Positions 51,038 through 63,017 of a stretch of DNA of 64,000 bases are shown one piece after another. The notes under the pieces were generated by a model. The model was given only the letters and a program-made list of their open reading frames with translations. It ran no database searches and was not told where the DNA came from. The DNA lies in the NCBI GenBank assembly GCA_036918135.1, contig JBALDB010000046.1:96001-160000 (forward strand). The letters run 5' to 3'. Positions within the stretch are counted from its first letter, which is position 1, and each line of letters opens with the position of its first letter. The stretch comes from Nostoc sp. (GTDB taxonomy: Bacteria; Cyanobacteriota; Cyanobacteriia; Cyanobacteriales; Nostocaceae). Made by a program: the position numbers and the translations under genes.

Positions 51038-52417
51038 GTGGAAGAATTGCTAGAAGCAGTAGAAAAAATTCTACAAAATAAGCCTCTCGATTCCATTGAG
51101 TGGTTTGTGCTTTATCAATCGTGGTTGGGCAAAACTTACGATGAAATGGCAGAGGGAACAGGTTATGGTAGAAACTACATAAAGCAAGTTGGCTCTCAGT
51201 TGTGGCAAGACTTGTCGCAAGCAGCTGGAGAGAGAGTAACAAAAAAAAATCTGCATTTAGTTTTGAGCAAATATTCCCAAGGCATAAGTTGGCAGCAAAA
51301 TCAACTACAACAACAGTTCTATAGAGAATCGAGATTCACAAGCCTTTATCCGAACATATTTTCAGTCGGCAAGATGGAATTTCCTAGCGGCCCGGTGCCA
51401 GTGGATTCTCCTTTATACATCAATCGCCCTCCACTAGAAGAACTGATTTGTAAAGAGATATTACACCCAGGTTGCTTAATCCGGATTAAAGCACCTAGAA
51501 AGATGGGAAAAAGTTCTCTGCTCAACCGAATGATTGCTTATGCTAAAGAGCAGAGTTATCAAATTGTGTATTTAGACTTTCAAGAAGCCGATAGAGAAGT
51601 TTTTACTTCCCTAGATAAATTTTTGCGTTGGTTCTGTGTCAATGTCAGCAGGCAGTTAAACCTGCTTCCTTGTTTAGATGATTTTTGGGATATAGAAATG
51701 GGCAGCAAAGTCAGCTGCAAAATCTATTTTGAAGCGTATATATTACAGTACATTGCATCAAATCCTGTGGTTTTGGCTTTGAATGAAGTACAACAAGTTT
51801 TTGAACATCATAATATTGCTCAAGACTTTTTACCAATGCTGCGATTTTGGCACGAACAAGCAAAGCAAGACCCGATATGGCAAAAACTACGAATGGTAGT
51901 GGTTCACACCACAGAAATTTACATTCCCCTAAAGTTCAACCAATCGCCTTTTAATGTCGGGATTACAATTACCCTGCCACCGTTTAGTCTCAACCAAGTA
52001 CAAGATTTAGCATTGCGTTATGGACTAGATTGGGCAGCAGACTCACTTGGGGCACAACGCCTTGCACCTCTACAAGCAATGGTGGGAGGACATCCTTATC
52101 TAGTGAATTTAGCACTATATCATTTATCTGGGCAAGAAATCACCCTAGAACTGTTATTAGAAACAGCATCGATATCAGCAGGAATTTACACTCAGTATTT
52201 ACGAGAACTGTTGAGCTTGCTGCAAAAAGAACCACAACTAATATCTGCGATGCAACAGGTAATTGCCAGCGACCAGAAAGTAGAATTAGATGCGCTGGCT
52301 GCTTATAAACTCGAAAGCATGGGTTTAGTTCAAATCAATGGCGATCGAGTTTCTCTGATGTGTGAATTATATCGTCTTTATTTTAGCCAACAGTTGGGAA
52401 AACACTCAAGATACTAA
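51038..52417 (+). CDS. AAA-like (AAA_35-type) protein with N-terminal helical/HTH-like domain
   Basis: SW.GKTY..MA....LW..LS...G..V.K.N N-terminus; YINRP, APRKMGKSS, SPFNVG, GGHPYL; GTG start. Confidence 0.88.
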   Translation: MEELLEAVEKILQNKPLDSIEWFVLYQSWLGKTYDEMAEGTGYGRNYIKQVGSQLWQDLSQAAGERVTKKNLHLVLSKYSQGISWQQNQLQQQFYRESRFTSLYPNIFSVGKMEFPSGPVPVDSPLYINRPPLEELICKEILHPGCLIRIKAPRKMGKSSLLNRMIAYAKEQSYQIVYLDFQEADREVFTSLDKFLRWFCVNVSRQLNLLPCLDDFWDIEMGSKVSCKIYFEAYILQYIASNPVVLALNEVQQVFEHHNIAQDFLPMLRFWHEQAKQDPIWQKLRMVVVHTTEIYIPLKFNQSPFNVGITITLPPFSLNQVQDLALRYGLDWAADSLGAQRLAPLQAMVGGHPYLVNLALYHLSGQEITLELLLETASISAGIYTQYLRELLSLLQKEPQLISAMQQVIASDQKVELDALAAYKLESMGLVQINGDRVSLMCELYRLYFSQQLGKHSRY

Positions 52418-52516
52418 TAATTCTGGTAAACTGTTGGCAGAAATGCTTTTTAGATGAATTTTTCAATACCAATACAAATTTTTATTTAAAATAACAAATT
52501 TTAAATTTCAAATCAA

Positions 52517-54064
52517 ATGAACAATTATCGATACCAAGTAGGTGGTACCCTAACGAGTGATGCTCCTAGCTATGTTGAGCGCAGAGCAGATATCCAACTA
52601 TACAATGCATTGAAACAAGGTGAATTTTGCTACATCCTTAGCTGTAGGCAAATGGGCAAATCCTCACTGATGGTGAAAACAAAGCATCGTTTGCAAGAAG
52701 AGGGCTTTCGATGTGCCACTATTGATATGACCAATATTGGTTGTGAAAATATCACTCCAGAACAGTGGTATAAGGGAGTTGCAGGTGACCTATGGTTAGG
52801 TTTCCAGCTATTAGGAAAGGTTAATTTAAGAACCTGGTGGCAAGAACAGAAAGATATTTCTTTGGCTCAAAAACTGAGTCGATTTATTTTAGAAATTCTG
52901 TTAGCTCAGTTTCCTAACGAAAGATTGTTTATTTTTATTGATGAAATTGATAGTATTCTGAGTCTAGATTTTCCAGTTGATGACTTTTTTAGCTTAATTA
53001 GGTTTTGTTACAATCATCGGGCAATAGATCCAGAATATAATCGAATAACATTTGCGATTTTCGGTGTTGCGACACCTTCAGACTTAATTTCATATCGAAA
53101 TCATACTACTCCATTTAATATTGGTAAAGCTATAGAAGTAAATGGTTTCACATTTGAAGAAGCTCACCCATTAGCTCTGGGGCTGGAGATTCAAGACAAT
53201 TATCCTCAGAAAGTTTTGAAAGAAATATTAGCTTGGACACAAGGGCAACCATTTCTGACTCAAAAGCTATGTCGGGTACTTGTAAGTTTATCTCAAGACG
53301 ATTTGGGTAGAAAGCTAAAAGTTCCTCCTGGTACAGAAGAATTTTGGATAGAAAATGTAGTGCGATCGCATATCATTGAAAAATGGGAATCCCAAGATGA
53401 ACCAGAGCATCTGAGGACAGTTCGCGATCGCATTCTCAGAAGGGAACAATCTGCTGCTAGATTATTAGGAGTATACCAGCAAATCCTCCAAGGAATTAAA
53501 GTACCTGTTGATGATAGTCGAGAACAAGCAGAACTTTTGTTATCCGGTTTAGTGATTAAAAAGCAAGGTTTTCTGAAAATTAAAAACCGCATTTATGAAG
53601 AAGTTTTCAATCTAGAATGGGTTGGAAAAAAATTAGCTAACCTACGTCCTTACTACGAAAATTTCAATGCATGGGTAGCCTTAAACCAAGAGGATGAGTC
53701 TCGCCTATTGCGTGGACAAGCCTTAATTGATGCCCAAACTTGGGCAAATGGCAAAAGCTTAAGCAACTTAGATTATCAATTTTTAGCTGCTAGCGAAGAA
53801 TTAGATAGGCGAGAAGTGCAGCAAGCATTAGAAGCCGAACGTGCTAAAGAAGTTGAAGCACGACTTGCAGAACAACAAAAAAGGATGGTTCAACAGAGAA
53901 GAAATTCCAGAATAGTGGCACTTTTGCTTCTGGGTATGACAATCAAGTTGGTGATTTCAATAGTGTGGGGAATGTCACTTTTACGAAAGATTGATGCTCT
54001 GCAATCACGGATAAAATGTACTCAAATAGAGCATCAGGGTACACTTAAAAGAATTTGTAATTAG
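52517..54064 (+). CDS. AAA-like (AAA_35-type) protein with one C-terminal TM helix and no sensor domain
   Basis: YVERRAD, RQMGKSSL, IFIDEID, TPFNIG, GQPFLTQ, QDEPEHL, LLRGQAL; TM IVALLLLGMTIKLVISIVWGM. Confidence 0.88.
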   Translation: MNNYRYQVGGTLTSDAPSYVERRADIQLYNALKQGEFCYILSCRQMGKSSLMVKTKHRLQEEGFRCATIDMTNIGCENITPEQWYKGVAGDLWLGFQLLGKVNLRTWWQEQKDISLAQKLSRFILEILLAQFPNERLFIFIDEIDSILSLDFPVDDFFSLIRFCYNHRAIDPEYNRITFAIFGVATPSDLISYRNHTTPFNIGKAIEVNGFTFEEAHPLALGLEIQDNYPQKVLKEILAWTQGQPFLTQKLCRVLVSLSQDDLGRKLKVPPGTEEFWIENVVRSHIIEKWESQDEPEHLRTVRDRILRREQSAARLLGVYQQILQGIKVPVDDSREQAELLLSGLVIKKQGFLKIKNRIYEEVFNLEWVGKKLANLRPYYENFNAWVALNQEDESRLLRGQALIDAQTWANGKSLSNLDYQFLAASEELDRREVQQALEAERAKEVEARLAEQQKRMVQQRRNSRIVALLLLGMTIKLVISIVWGMSLLRKIDALQSRIKCTQIEHQGTLKRICN

Positions 54065-54238
54065 TCATATAAAGTTCGGCTAATTACTTACAATATGGTT
54101 AGTCTTTTTAGTAATTGGTAATTGCGAATTGGGAAAAAGGAAATAAATAACTGACGATTACCCATTACCTATTACCGATCACCCATTACTGACCCTCACA
54201 GATATCATAAGTATTCAACTGGACATAATATGACTAAT
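54060..54238. mobile_element. MITE-like element overlapping the AAA gene stop codon
   Basis: Inverted ends ATTAGTCATAT/ATATGACTAAT extending imperfectly to TACTTA/TAAGTA; internal GGTAATT/ATTACC heptamers; right half matches 17556-17603. Confidence 0.7.
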
Positions 54239-54740
54239 AAATTCTGTTTTTATTAATAAAATTCTGAGAGGAGAAAGCCTCCACTCAGAATAGAAACAGT
54301 TTACCGTATAACTTTTCACAGTATATGAAAAAAGGTGTAAGGGTTTAGGGAAAACACACTTGTTTGATTTGAATTTTGGAATTTTACATTCCTTCTAGCG
54401 TCATCATACCCTTACTCCCGAACTCAAATAGAGTTTCCAGACCCCATGAAAAGTCAGGTTCCGGTAGAGTAACGGTATTAGATTGTGCTGTTATCACTTT
54501 CCAAACCACTATTTATAGTGTTATTTAAGCTTGTAGCAATACTGCAAGCTATGATGGAATTTTTGACAGCCCATCTGTTACCGTGTTTTCAAATCTTAGC
54601 CTAAGTTTTTGCGATCGCTGAAAATTAGCAATTATCAACTTACACAAATTTAACCAGAAAGCTAAGATTATTAAAATATATCTTACTTTTGTAGCTCAAC
54701 TGAGTTATCCACGCAGAACGCCCCCGAAAAAGCGATCGCT

Positions 54741-56900
54741 ATGCTTCAGTATCCCCATCTCGAACAAGCGCTAAAATATTACTTTGGTTATGATAGATTC
54801 CGCCCCGGACAACGGCAAATTATCGAAGATGCGCTGCAAAATCGGGATTTATTGGTAGTAATGCCTACAGGTGGCGGAAAATCTTTATGTTTTCAGTTAC
54901 CTGCATTAATCAAAAAAGGTTTAACTGTAGTCGTATCGCCCTTAATTGCTTTAATGCAAGACCAAGTGGAAGCACTGCGAAATAATAATGTTAGCGCTAC
55001 GTTTCTCAATAGTAGTTTGAATGCGTATCAGGTGCGATCGCGGGAAGAAGCCATCCTCAATGGGAAAGTTAGATTACTTTACGTCGCCCCAGAACGGCTG
55101 TTGAGTGAAAGATTTCTGCCGTTTCTCGATTTAGTCCATCATCAAATTGGCATTTCTATTTTCGCCATTGACGAAGCACACTGCGTCTCTGAGTGGGGAC
55201 ACGATTTCCGCCCAGAATACCGCCAGTTGATATCTCTGCGAAAACGCTACACTAATGTTCCTACCCTCGCCCTCACCGCCACAGCTACCGATCGCGTCCG
55301 CAGTGATATCATTCAACAATTAGGGCTGAAGCAACCTAGTATCCACATAGCCAGCTTCAATCGCCATAATCTTTATTACGAAGTTCGTTCTAAAACTAAG
55401 TCTGCATACGCACAATTATTAGAACTGGTGCGAGAAAGCGAGGGTTCAGTGATTATTTATTGCTTGACGCGCAAAAAAGTTGATGAACTCACTTTTAAAT
55501 TGCAAAATGATAAAGTTTCTGCATTGCCTTATCATGCCGGATTAACTGATGAAGAACGCAGCAACAATCAAACTCGATTTATTCGCGATGATATGCGCGT
55601 TATGGTGGCAACAATTGCGTTTGGGATGGGAATTAATAAGCCAGATGTGCGATTAGTAATTCACTTTGATTTGCCGCGGAATTTAGAAAGTTATTATCAA
55701 GAATCAGGCAGGGCGGGAAGGGATAATGAACCTTCACGTTGTACATTTTTCTTTAGTTTTGCTGATGTTAAAACCATTGAATGGAGTATTAACCAAAAAA
55801 CTGACCCTCAAGAACAATTAATAGCCAAACAACAACTGCGGCAGGTAATTGATTATGCTGAAGGTACAGACTGTCGCCGGACAATTCAGTTGGGTTATTT
55901 TGGCGAACGGTTTGCTGGAAATTGTGGTAACTGTGATAATTGCCGCAATCCCAAACCGATGCAAGATTGGACAATTGAAGCCATGAAGTTTTTATCTTGT
56001 GTGGCGCGTTGCAAAGAAAGATTTGGCATGACGTATATTATTGATGTGTTGCGCGGTGCCAAAAGTCAAAAAATTATTTTAAATCAACACGACCAACTTT
56101 CTACCTACGGAATTGGCAAAGATAAAACTGTAGATGAGTGGCGAATACTGGGGCGATCGCTTTTACATCAAGGAGTATTAGAACAGACTAGCGATGGTTA
56201 CTCTGTTTTGAAACTCAACGCCCACAGTTGGGAAGTAATGCGGCGACAACGCACAGTTTCCCTAGCTTTGACTGTAGCAGAAAATATTACTTTGACACAA
56301 ACAAGTGAAAAAGCTACAGAAGCAGAGATATTAATGCAGAGATTGCGATCGCTCCGCAAACAACTTGCTGATGAACAATCTGTTCCACCTTATATTGTCT
56401 TTCAAGATTCTACCTTGAAATTGATGGCCCAGGTACAACCTAAAACAATGACTGAATTTGGTAAACTTTCCGGCGTCGGCACTCACAAACTCGCCCAATA
56501 TGGCGAAAAGTTCCTTGCAGAAATTCGCGCTTACCGCCAAGAAAAAGGTTTGGTAGATGCAGCACAAGTTAATTTTACACCCTCTACTAGCTTACCTTCC
56601 GACACCGAAATCTTGACATTTCAATTGCATAAACAAGGTTTGAGTGTTACTGAAATTGCCCAAAAACGCAATATTCGTCCCACGACAATTATCCGTCATT
56701 TGGCAGATTTAATTGAGAAAAATCAGTCTGTAGATTTAAATCAGTTAGTATCTCTCGAACATCAGCAAAAAATTTGGCAAGTTTTAGAAGTGCTTGGCGA
56801 CATCTCTTTAACACCAATTCGAGAACAACTAGGTGAAAGCTATACTTATGACGAAATTCGCTTAGTGCGCGGTAAGTGGCGGCGCGAAAATCGTAAGTAA
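54741..56900 (+). CDS. recQ: ATP-dependent DNA helicase RecQ
   Basis: [34 protein letters not shown], Zn-binding CRR...[15 protein letters not shown]-terminal HTH. Confidence 0.97.
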   Translation: MLQYPHLEQALKYYFGYDRFRPGQRQIIEDALQNRDLLVVMPTGGGKSLCFQLPALIKKGLTVVVSPLIALMQDQVEALRNNNVSATFLNSSLNAYQVRSREEAILNGKVRLLYVAPERLLSERFLPFLDLVHHQIGISIFAIDEAHCVSEWGHDFRPEYRQLISLRKRYTNVPTLALTATATDRVRSDIIQQLGLKQPSIHIASFNRHNLYYEVRSKTKSAYAQLLELVRESEGSVIIYCLTRKKVDELTFKLQNDKVSALPYHAGLTDEERSNNQTRFIRDDMRVMVATIAFGMGINKPDVRLVIHFDLPRNLESYYQESGRAGRDNEPSRCTFFFSFADVKTIEWSINQKTDPQEQLIAKQQLRQVIDYAEGTDCRRTIQLGYFGERFAGNCGNCDNCRNPKPMQDWTIEAMKFLSCVARCKERFGMTYIIDVLRGAKSQKIILNQHDQLSTYGIGKDKTVDEWRILGRSLLHQGVLEQTSDGYSVLKLNAHSWEVMRRQRTVSLALTVAENITLTQTSEKATEAEILMQRLRSLRKQLADEQSVPPYIVFQDSTLKLMAQVQPKTMTEFGKLSGVGTHKLAQYGEKFLAEIRAYRQEKGLVDAAQVNFTPSTSLPSDTEILTFQLHKQGLSVTEIAQKRNIRPTTIIRHLADLIEKNQSVDLNQLVSLEHQQKIWQVLEVLGDISLTPIREQLGESYTYDEIRLVRGKWRRENRK

Positions 56901-57217
56901 TAATTTCAAGTTTTAGCTAATAATTTAGAATTCAGGTAGAAGGTAGTGCGTTAGAATATTTTTTGCGACCAAAACCTTTTATACAAAAAGTGATAAATAT
57001 TAGATAAGGGATACATTAACGAAGCTAAAACACATATTCACTGCATAATCACTTGTGAGGTTCCTTGACTACTGACTGTTAACAGTCAATCGTCAGCCGT
57101 CAACAGCCAACACCAAAATATATGCTTTCTTAAATGTGAAATAGCCGATCTCCATCTCTCGAACTGCAATCAAGCTAAGTATTATTGCTCAAATCATCAG
57201 ATAACCAGAGGGGAACT

Positions 57218-59875
57218 ATGACGGCAGAAGAACAACGGTTGCAAGAAGACCGCGATCGCAAAGCCTATTGGCGACGCTGGGGATCGTACGTGAGTAATCG
57301 GCAGTGGGGGACAGTGCGCGAAGACTATAGCGCTGATGGCTCAGCTTGGGACTATTTCCCCCACGACCATGCCCGATCGCGTGCTTACCGTTGGGGTGAA
57401 GATGGGATTGCCGGAATTTCTGATAATCATCAACGGTTGTGTTTTGCGATCGCCCTGTGGAACGAGCAAGACCCAATCCTCAAAGAGCGGATGTTTGGCT
57501 TAACAGGCAATGAAGGCAATCATGGCGAAGATGTTAAAGAATATTATTTTTTTCTGGATAACACGCCAACTCATGCATACATGAAATGCTTGTACAAATA
57601 TCCGCAGCAGGCATTTCCCTACACACAGCTAGTAGAAGAAAACCGTCGTCGCAGCAAGCAGGAGGCGGAATTTGAATTGCTTGATACGGGTGTATTTGAC
57701 GCAGACCAGTACTTTGATGTGTTCGTCGAGTATGCTAAAGCCTCTGCTGAAGACATATTAATTCAAATCACAATTGCTAATCGCTCTTCCGAAGCCAAGC
57801 CATTGCATCTGCTACCTTCGCTTTGGTTTCGCAATACCTGGTCATTCGATGGCAATAGTGAAAAACCAGTATTAAAGGTACTAAAATCTGAGACAGATTT
57901 CAGCATCATTGAAGCGTCTCACCCTGGCATGAACGATTATTGGCTCTACTGTCAAGGTGCAGCAGAACTTTTGTTTACTGAGAATGAAACGAATTTTGAG
58001 CGGCTGTACGGCGTGGAAAATGCCTCACCCTACGTTAAAGATGCTTTCCATGAATATCTAGTCCACAATCGCCAGGATGCAGTAAATCCGAATCGGCTCG
58101 GCACAAAATTTGCAGCTGACTACAAATTGATGATTCCAGCAGGAGGAGAGCAAACTATACGCTTGCGGTTGGCAGATTGGTCTGGGATTGCCGAACCATT
58201 TGGCAGTGAGTTCGAGCAAATTTTTGGCGATCGGATCAAAGAAGCCGATGAATTCTACCAACGGATTACGCCGTTTTCCCTACCCGACGACCAGCGCAAC
58301 ATCCAGCGTCAAGCTTTTGCCGGGATGCTGTGGAGCAAACAGTTTTATCTCTACGTCATCGAAGATTGGCTCAAAGGCGACACGGCTACTCTAACTCCCC
58401 CCGATTCCCGTCGCAGTGTTCGCAACACTGATTGGCTACATCTGCATATTGATGATATTCTCTCAATGCCAGACACCTGGGAATATCCTTGGTTTGCTGC
58501 TTGGGATTTGGCATTTCACATGATTCCCTTGGCAATGATTGACCCAGATTTTGCCAAGCGACAATTGCAACGCCTGACGCGGGAATGGTATATGCATCCG
58601 AACGGGCAGTTACCTGCGTATGAGTGGAAACTCAGCGATGTCAATCCACCTGTACACGCTTGGGCAGCGTGGCAAGTGTATCAGATTGAGCAGAAATTCT
58701 ACGGTCACGCTGACAAACAGTTTCTTGAGCGCGTATTTCAAAAGCTGTTGCTCAATTTTACTTGGTGGGTCAACCGCAAAGATGCCGACGGTAAAAACAT
58801 TTTTCAGGGCGGCTTTTTGGGTATGGACAATATTGGCGTGTTCGATCGCAGTGCGCCGTTACCCACAGGCGGTGATTTAGAGCAAGCAGACGGTACAAGC
58901 TGGATGGCAATGTTTTGCATGAATATGCTGACCATCGCCCTCGAATTGGCTATGGATGAACCCATATACGAAGACATTGCCAGCAAATTCTTCGAGCATT
59001 TTCTACGAATTGCAGCCGCGATGGATGGGATTGGTAAAGATGAACTTGTCCTTTGGGATGAAGAGGACGGGTTTTTCTACGATGCATTGCTCTTCCCAAA
59101 TGGGCATCATTGCGCGATGAAAGTGCGCTCAATGGTTGGCTTGGTGCCTTTGTTCGCGGTAGGAACACTGGAACTCGAAACTCTAGAAAAACTCAGCGGG
59201 TTCAGGGAGCGAACCGAGTGGTTTATCAAACATCGCCCAGACCTCACATCTGGAATTGCCTGTATGCACACTGAAGGCGAACACCAGCGGCATTTACTGG
59301 CAATTTTAGATAGCAAGAAGCTAAAGCGCATCTTGAGCCGGATGTTGGATGAGCGCGAGTTTTTAAGTCCCTACGGAATTCGCTCTGTATCAAAATTTCA
59401 CGCCGAACATCCATTCATCCTGCGCGTCAACGACGAGGAGTATCGGGTAGACTACGAACCAGCTGAATCTACAAATAACTTATTTGGTGGCAATTCTAAC
59501 TGGCGCGGGCCGATTTGGTTTCCAATGAATTATTTAATGATTGAAGCTTTACAGCAATTTTATCAATATTTAGGAGATGACTACAAAGTAGAATGTCCAA
59601 CTGGTTCTGGAAAATGGATGACGCTCAAGGAGGTAGCGATTGATTTGTCAAAACGACTTGAACGGATTTTTCAACAAAATGCTGATGGCACTCGACCTGT
59701 ATACGGCGCTGTTGAGATTTTTCAGAATAATCCCCATTGGCAAAATTTGCTCACATTTAACGAGTACTTTCATGGCGACAATGGTGCTGGCTTAGGGGCA
59801 AGTCATCAAACTGGCTGGACAGGAGTGATTGCACAATTAATTCATCACTGCGGCGAAAGCTCATCCCTCGTTTAA
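57218..59875 (+). CDS. GH63-like (MGH1-like) glycoside hydrolase
   Basis: [62 protein letters not shown] 57218. Confidence 0.92.
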   Translation: MTAEEQRLQEDRDRKAYWRRWGSYVSNRQWGTVREDYSADGSAWDYFPHDHARSRAYRWGEDGIAGISDNHQRLCFAIALWNEQDPILKERMFGLTGNEGNHGEDVKEYYFFLDNTPTHAYMKCLYKYPQQAFPYTQLVEENRRRSKQEAEFELLDTGVFDADQYFDVFVEYAKASAEDILIQITIANRSSEAKPLHLLPSLWFRNTWSFDGNSEKPVLKVLKSETDFSIIEASHPGMNDYWLYCQGAAELLFTENETNFERLYGVENASPYVKDAFHEYLVHNRQDAVNPNRLGTKFAADYKLMIPAGGEQTIRLRLADWSGIAEPFGSEFEQIFGDRIKEADEFYQRITPFSLPDDQRNIQRQAFAGMLWSKQFYLYVIEDWLKGDTATLTPPDSRRSVRNTDWLHLHIDDILSMPDTWEYPWFAAWDLAFHMIPLAMIDPDFAKRQLQRLTREWYMHPNGQLPAYEWKLSDVNPPVHAWAAWQVYQIEQKFYGHADKQFLERVFQKLLLNFTWWVNRKDADGKNIFQGGFLGMDNIGVFDRSAPLPTGGDLEQADGTSWMAMFCMNMLTIALELAMDEPIYEDIASKFFEHFLRIAAAMDGIGKDELVLWDEEDGFFYDALLFPNGHHCAMKVRSMVGLVPLFAVGTLELETLEKLSGFRERTEWFIKHRPDLTSGIACMHTEGEHQRHLLAILDSKKLKRILSRMLDEREFLSPYGIRSVSKFHAEHPFILRVNDEEYRVDYEPAESTNNLFGGNSNWRGPIWFPMNYLMIEALQQFYQYLGDDYKVECPTGSGKWMTLKEVAIDLSKRLERIFQQNADGTRPVYGAVEIFQNNPHWQNLLTFNEYFHGDNGAGLGASHQTGWTGVIAQLIHHCGESSSLV

Positions 59876-60006
59876 GGACTTTGAGAAAATAAATTATTCT
59901 CTCTTAACAAGAATCATAATTATTAATAAGTGTTAAGGGAGAATATTTTACACATTTGCAATGTTCGCCTGAATAAAAATTTTAAAAGAAAAAGTTCTCA
60001 AGCAGT

Positions 60007-60200
60007 TCAGGAGGCAGGAGGAACCCACTCTTAAAAAGGTGGGATTGAAACAAGGAGGTTTTATACCTTGCTGCAAGTAGTCTCGGTATAATTATGATTT
60101 TAAACTGTAGTTCAAATCCTGCAACTTTAGCAGAGCCGGAGAAGCTCAGCCTCCGATTTTAATTGATACTCTTAACCTCCTGCCTCCTAACTCCTGCCTT
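60007..60200. repeat. MITE-like element with inverted (C)AGGAGG/CCTCCT(G) heptamer arms
   Basis: CAGGAGGCAGGAGG at the left, CCTCCTGCCTCCTAACTCCTGCCT at the right. Confidence 0.5.
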
Positions 60201-60230
60201 TCTTTGTAATTTATAGTGTACTTAAATTGA

Positions 60231-61406
60231 ATGGAAAAACAGATTTCAAGTAATGGATTAACCAAAGTCCAAGTACTGATTATGGCGATCGCTGCTGGTG
60301 TTTGTGTTGCTAACATTTATTATAATCAGCCAATCCTCAAAGATATTGCATCTTCTTTTGGAGTCACTGAAAGCGAAGCGGGTAGCGTATCTGTGCTTTC
60401 ACAAGTTGGTTACGGTTTTGGGCTTTTCTTCTTAATTCCTTTGGGCGATAAAATCAATAAGAAAAAATTGATTCTTAGCTTACTAGCATGTTTGTTTTGT
60501 TTGCTAATAGTGATGACGTTTGCCCAAAACATCGTCGAAGTTTGGATATTGAGCGTAGCAATTGGAATTGCAACAGTCTCAGCTCAGGTTATTCTGCCCT
60601 TAGCAGCAAGTATAGATAGAGTCACTACAGGTCAAACTGTAGGTAACATTTTTACTGGTATATTGATTGGAATTTTAGCAGCAAGGGTTGTTAGTGGATA
60701 TATTGCTGAATGGTTGGGTTGGCGTTATGTATATGGATTTTCGGCAGTCATGATTTTAATTGTTACTGTCTTACTCAATATATATTTACCTAATGTTAAA
60801 AATGAATTTACTGGTTATTATTGGGAATTATTAAAATCAACACTTCACCAATTAAAACGTTTTTCCTTATTAAGAGAAACGTCTTTAATTGGCGGGTTAT
60901 TGTTTGGTGTTTTTTGCTCCTTTTGGACAACGTTGACTTTCCATTTAAGCGGAGCGCCTTTTCATTTTCAATCTGACACAATTGGGATGTATGGCTTTGT
61001 AGCGATCGCAGGTGCATTGATGGCCCCAGTTTTTGGTAAACTAGCGGATCGAGGTAACTCCCAACGTTCCTTAACTTTTGCTGTATTGCTGGTGATTGCA
61101 AGTTTAGTGATTGCGAAAATTGCTTCTGGTTCAGCAGTGGCGATCGCTGTTGCTGTATTGTTACTAGATGTAGGTGTACAAGCAATGCAGGTTACTAATA
61201 TCGCAAGAATATACACTCTGGATGCTCAATCCAATAGTCGTATTAACACCGTTTACATGACCACCTATTTTATCGGCGGTGCTGTAGGTACTAGCATTGG
61301 TCTATTATGCTGGAATCTTGGTGGCTGGAATTTGGTGACTTGGCAAATGTTAGTTTTTACTTTGCTTGCATTTTTTATTATTGTCAGACCTAAAATAACT
61401 AAGTAG
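60231..61406 (+). CDS. MFS transporter
   Basis: ANIYYNQP, PLGDK..KKK motif A-like, GWR, about 12 TM helices. Confidence 0.93.
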   Translation: MEKQISSNGLTKVQVLIMAIAAGVCVANIYYNQPILKDIASSFGVTESEAGSVSVLSQVGYGFGLFFLIPLGDKINKKKLILSLLACLFCLLIVMTFAQNIVEVWILSVAIGIATVSAQVILPLAASIDRVTTGQTVGNIFTGILIGILAARVVSGYIAEWLGWRYVYGFSAVMILIVTVLLNIYLPNVKNEFTGYYWELLKSTLHQLKRFSLLRETSLIGGLLFGVFCSFWTTLTFHLSGAPFHFQSDTIGMYGFVAIAGALMAPVFGKLADRGNSQRSLTFAVLLVIASLVIAKIASGSAVAIAVAVLLLDVGVQAMQVTNIARIYTLDAQSNSRINTVYMTTYFIGGAVGTSIGLLCWNLGGWNLVTWQMLVFTLLAFFIIVRPKITK

Positions 61407-61451
61407 GTTGGGAAAAATGAGTCCTATAGCTGTACTTAATAATTTGCGATC

Positions 61452-61618
61452 GATAGCTCAACCTCATTAAACGTAAAATGTGATTACGAGTAAAAAGAAG
61501 TCAAGCGTACCACTTCCCTGCGGGACGCTACGCGAACGTGGAAGCAAGCTACGCGGAGCGTCTCGTAGAGAAGTAATCGCCAGGACTCTAGATTACATTT
61601 TCAATGTTGACCTACTTA
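61452..61618. mobile_element. MITE sharing termini with the IS630 derivative at 17661-18066, carrying nested small repeats
   Basis: Left TAGCTCAACCTCATTAAACGTAAAA, right GTTGACCTACTTA; internal GC-rich hairpin modules. Confidence 0.72.
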
Positions 61619-61749
61619 AACAATAACCCCAACTTCTTTTAGAAGCCGGGGTTATATCGCTTTTAATTCTCACAAATCAAATAGATATCACCTTGCACCA
61701 ATAAGTATATTTTATCCTCATCAAGGTAATATCTTGAAATCAGCGTGTT

Positions 61750-61917
61750 TTAAGTAAAGCTGGGGATTTCCAAGTTGGAATCTTGCGATGTTACAGCAGA
61801 CGGTGATGTTACAGTGTTCTTCTCTTTAGCAGACACAATTACAGATAACAGCTTAGGTAGCGCTACACAAACAACAGTACTAAGCAGCGTCATGAATAAA
61901 CCATCTATCAAACTCAT
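61750..61917 (-). CDS. Small putative membrane protein, 55 aa
   Basis: GGAG RBS, ATG 61917; MSLIDGLFMTLLSTVVCVALPKLL; similar to the N-terminus of 62543-62788. Confidence 0.65.
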   Translation of the reverse strand: MSLIDGLFMTLLSTVVCVALPKLLSVIVSAKEKNTVTSPSAVTSQDSNLEIPSFT

Positions 61918-62542
61918 TATCTTATCTCCCCCGTTTGCAAAACTGCTATTCACATAATTATTAGTTTGAAGCAAAATTAGTACAATTACTTAAAACTAGA
62001 TTTTGAATTTCCTTTCTCAGGTATAAGTTAACTAAATAATATATTTTTATCCAATGGTAACTATCAATTTTTAACTATCACCTTATTTCCTACTGTCTTG
62101 GGGTCTTCCTCTGCAACGTACTAGGGTATGTTATGGCTTTGCCGTCGCTGCCCTGTGGTCGCTTACCATCTTTTTCGTGACAAATCATCTAAAAATATGC
62201 GCCTAACACACCCTAAAGTAATTTTATTTTTACTTGATAAATGACCTCTAATCGAATAGGAGTTCTATATTTGATTAAACTTAAGGGACTAATAAACAAA
62301 AAATATCCTGCTGTTCACACTTAATTGTCATCAGTCATCAGTCAGCAATTTAACGTAAGATAATTTATTTCTTGAAATTGGGTATGATTGGAAATTTGGA
62401 ATATTACAAAGACCCGAAAAACATATCATAGAAGATACAAAACTTTATCGGGTTCTTGAAGGTTTAGCAGAATTAGTCAGAGTGCTTGTAGGAATTCTGA
62501 GTAATACTAATCTTAGTTGACCGAAAAGTTTTGCAATCGCTA

Positions 62543-62788
62543 TTAATTCGGAGAACACCGATCGCAAAAATCAGGACGAAATTTGCAGTATTGGCTACCC
62601 GTTAATGAGTAAACTGTACAATAGGGAAAACTCGTAAGTTGAATTTTGGCTGGTTGTAATTCTGAATTGTTGGGCGACAATTCAGTAAATTTAGTTTTAT
62701 GAGCTAGAAAAATATCTATCAGTTTAGGTAGCACTATGCAGCCAGCAATGTTAACCAAAGTTAGCAGTATAACGTCTGTGCAATTCAT
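62543..62788 (-). CDS. Small putative membrane protein, 81 aa, with Cys-rich C-terminus
   Basis: GAGGAG RBS; MNCTDVILLTLVNIAGCIVLPKLI...CTVYSLTGSQYCKFRPDFCDRC. Confidence 0.7.
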   Translation of the reverse strand: MNCTDVILLTLVNIAGCIVLPKLIDIFLAHKTKFTELSPNNSELQPAKIQLTSFPYCTVYSLTGSQYCKFRPDFCDRCSPN

Positions 62789-63017
62789 AGGTAATCATCT
62801 CCTCTAAAAATAGGCGATCGCTTTTCTTACTGCAAACACAATCCATAGCTTCCAGTCTATGCAAATTAATCTTAACATAAAGTTTTGTAAATATAAAGTT
62901 GGATTTCCTGGAATTATCGTAAACAACAGGGAATGTGGATAATGAGCACGGTTATTGTAGCGGAATGACAAAATAAGCTAGAAAGCGATCGCTTAAAAAT
63001 CTTGATTGTAAGGTGTT

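Noticed and set aside
220..61957. Numerous short ORFs nested in or antisense to long genes
   Set aside because: Shadow ORFs of well-supported CDSs with no independent evidence
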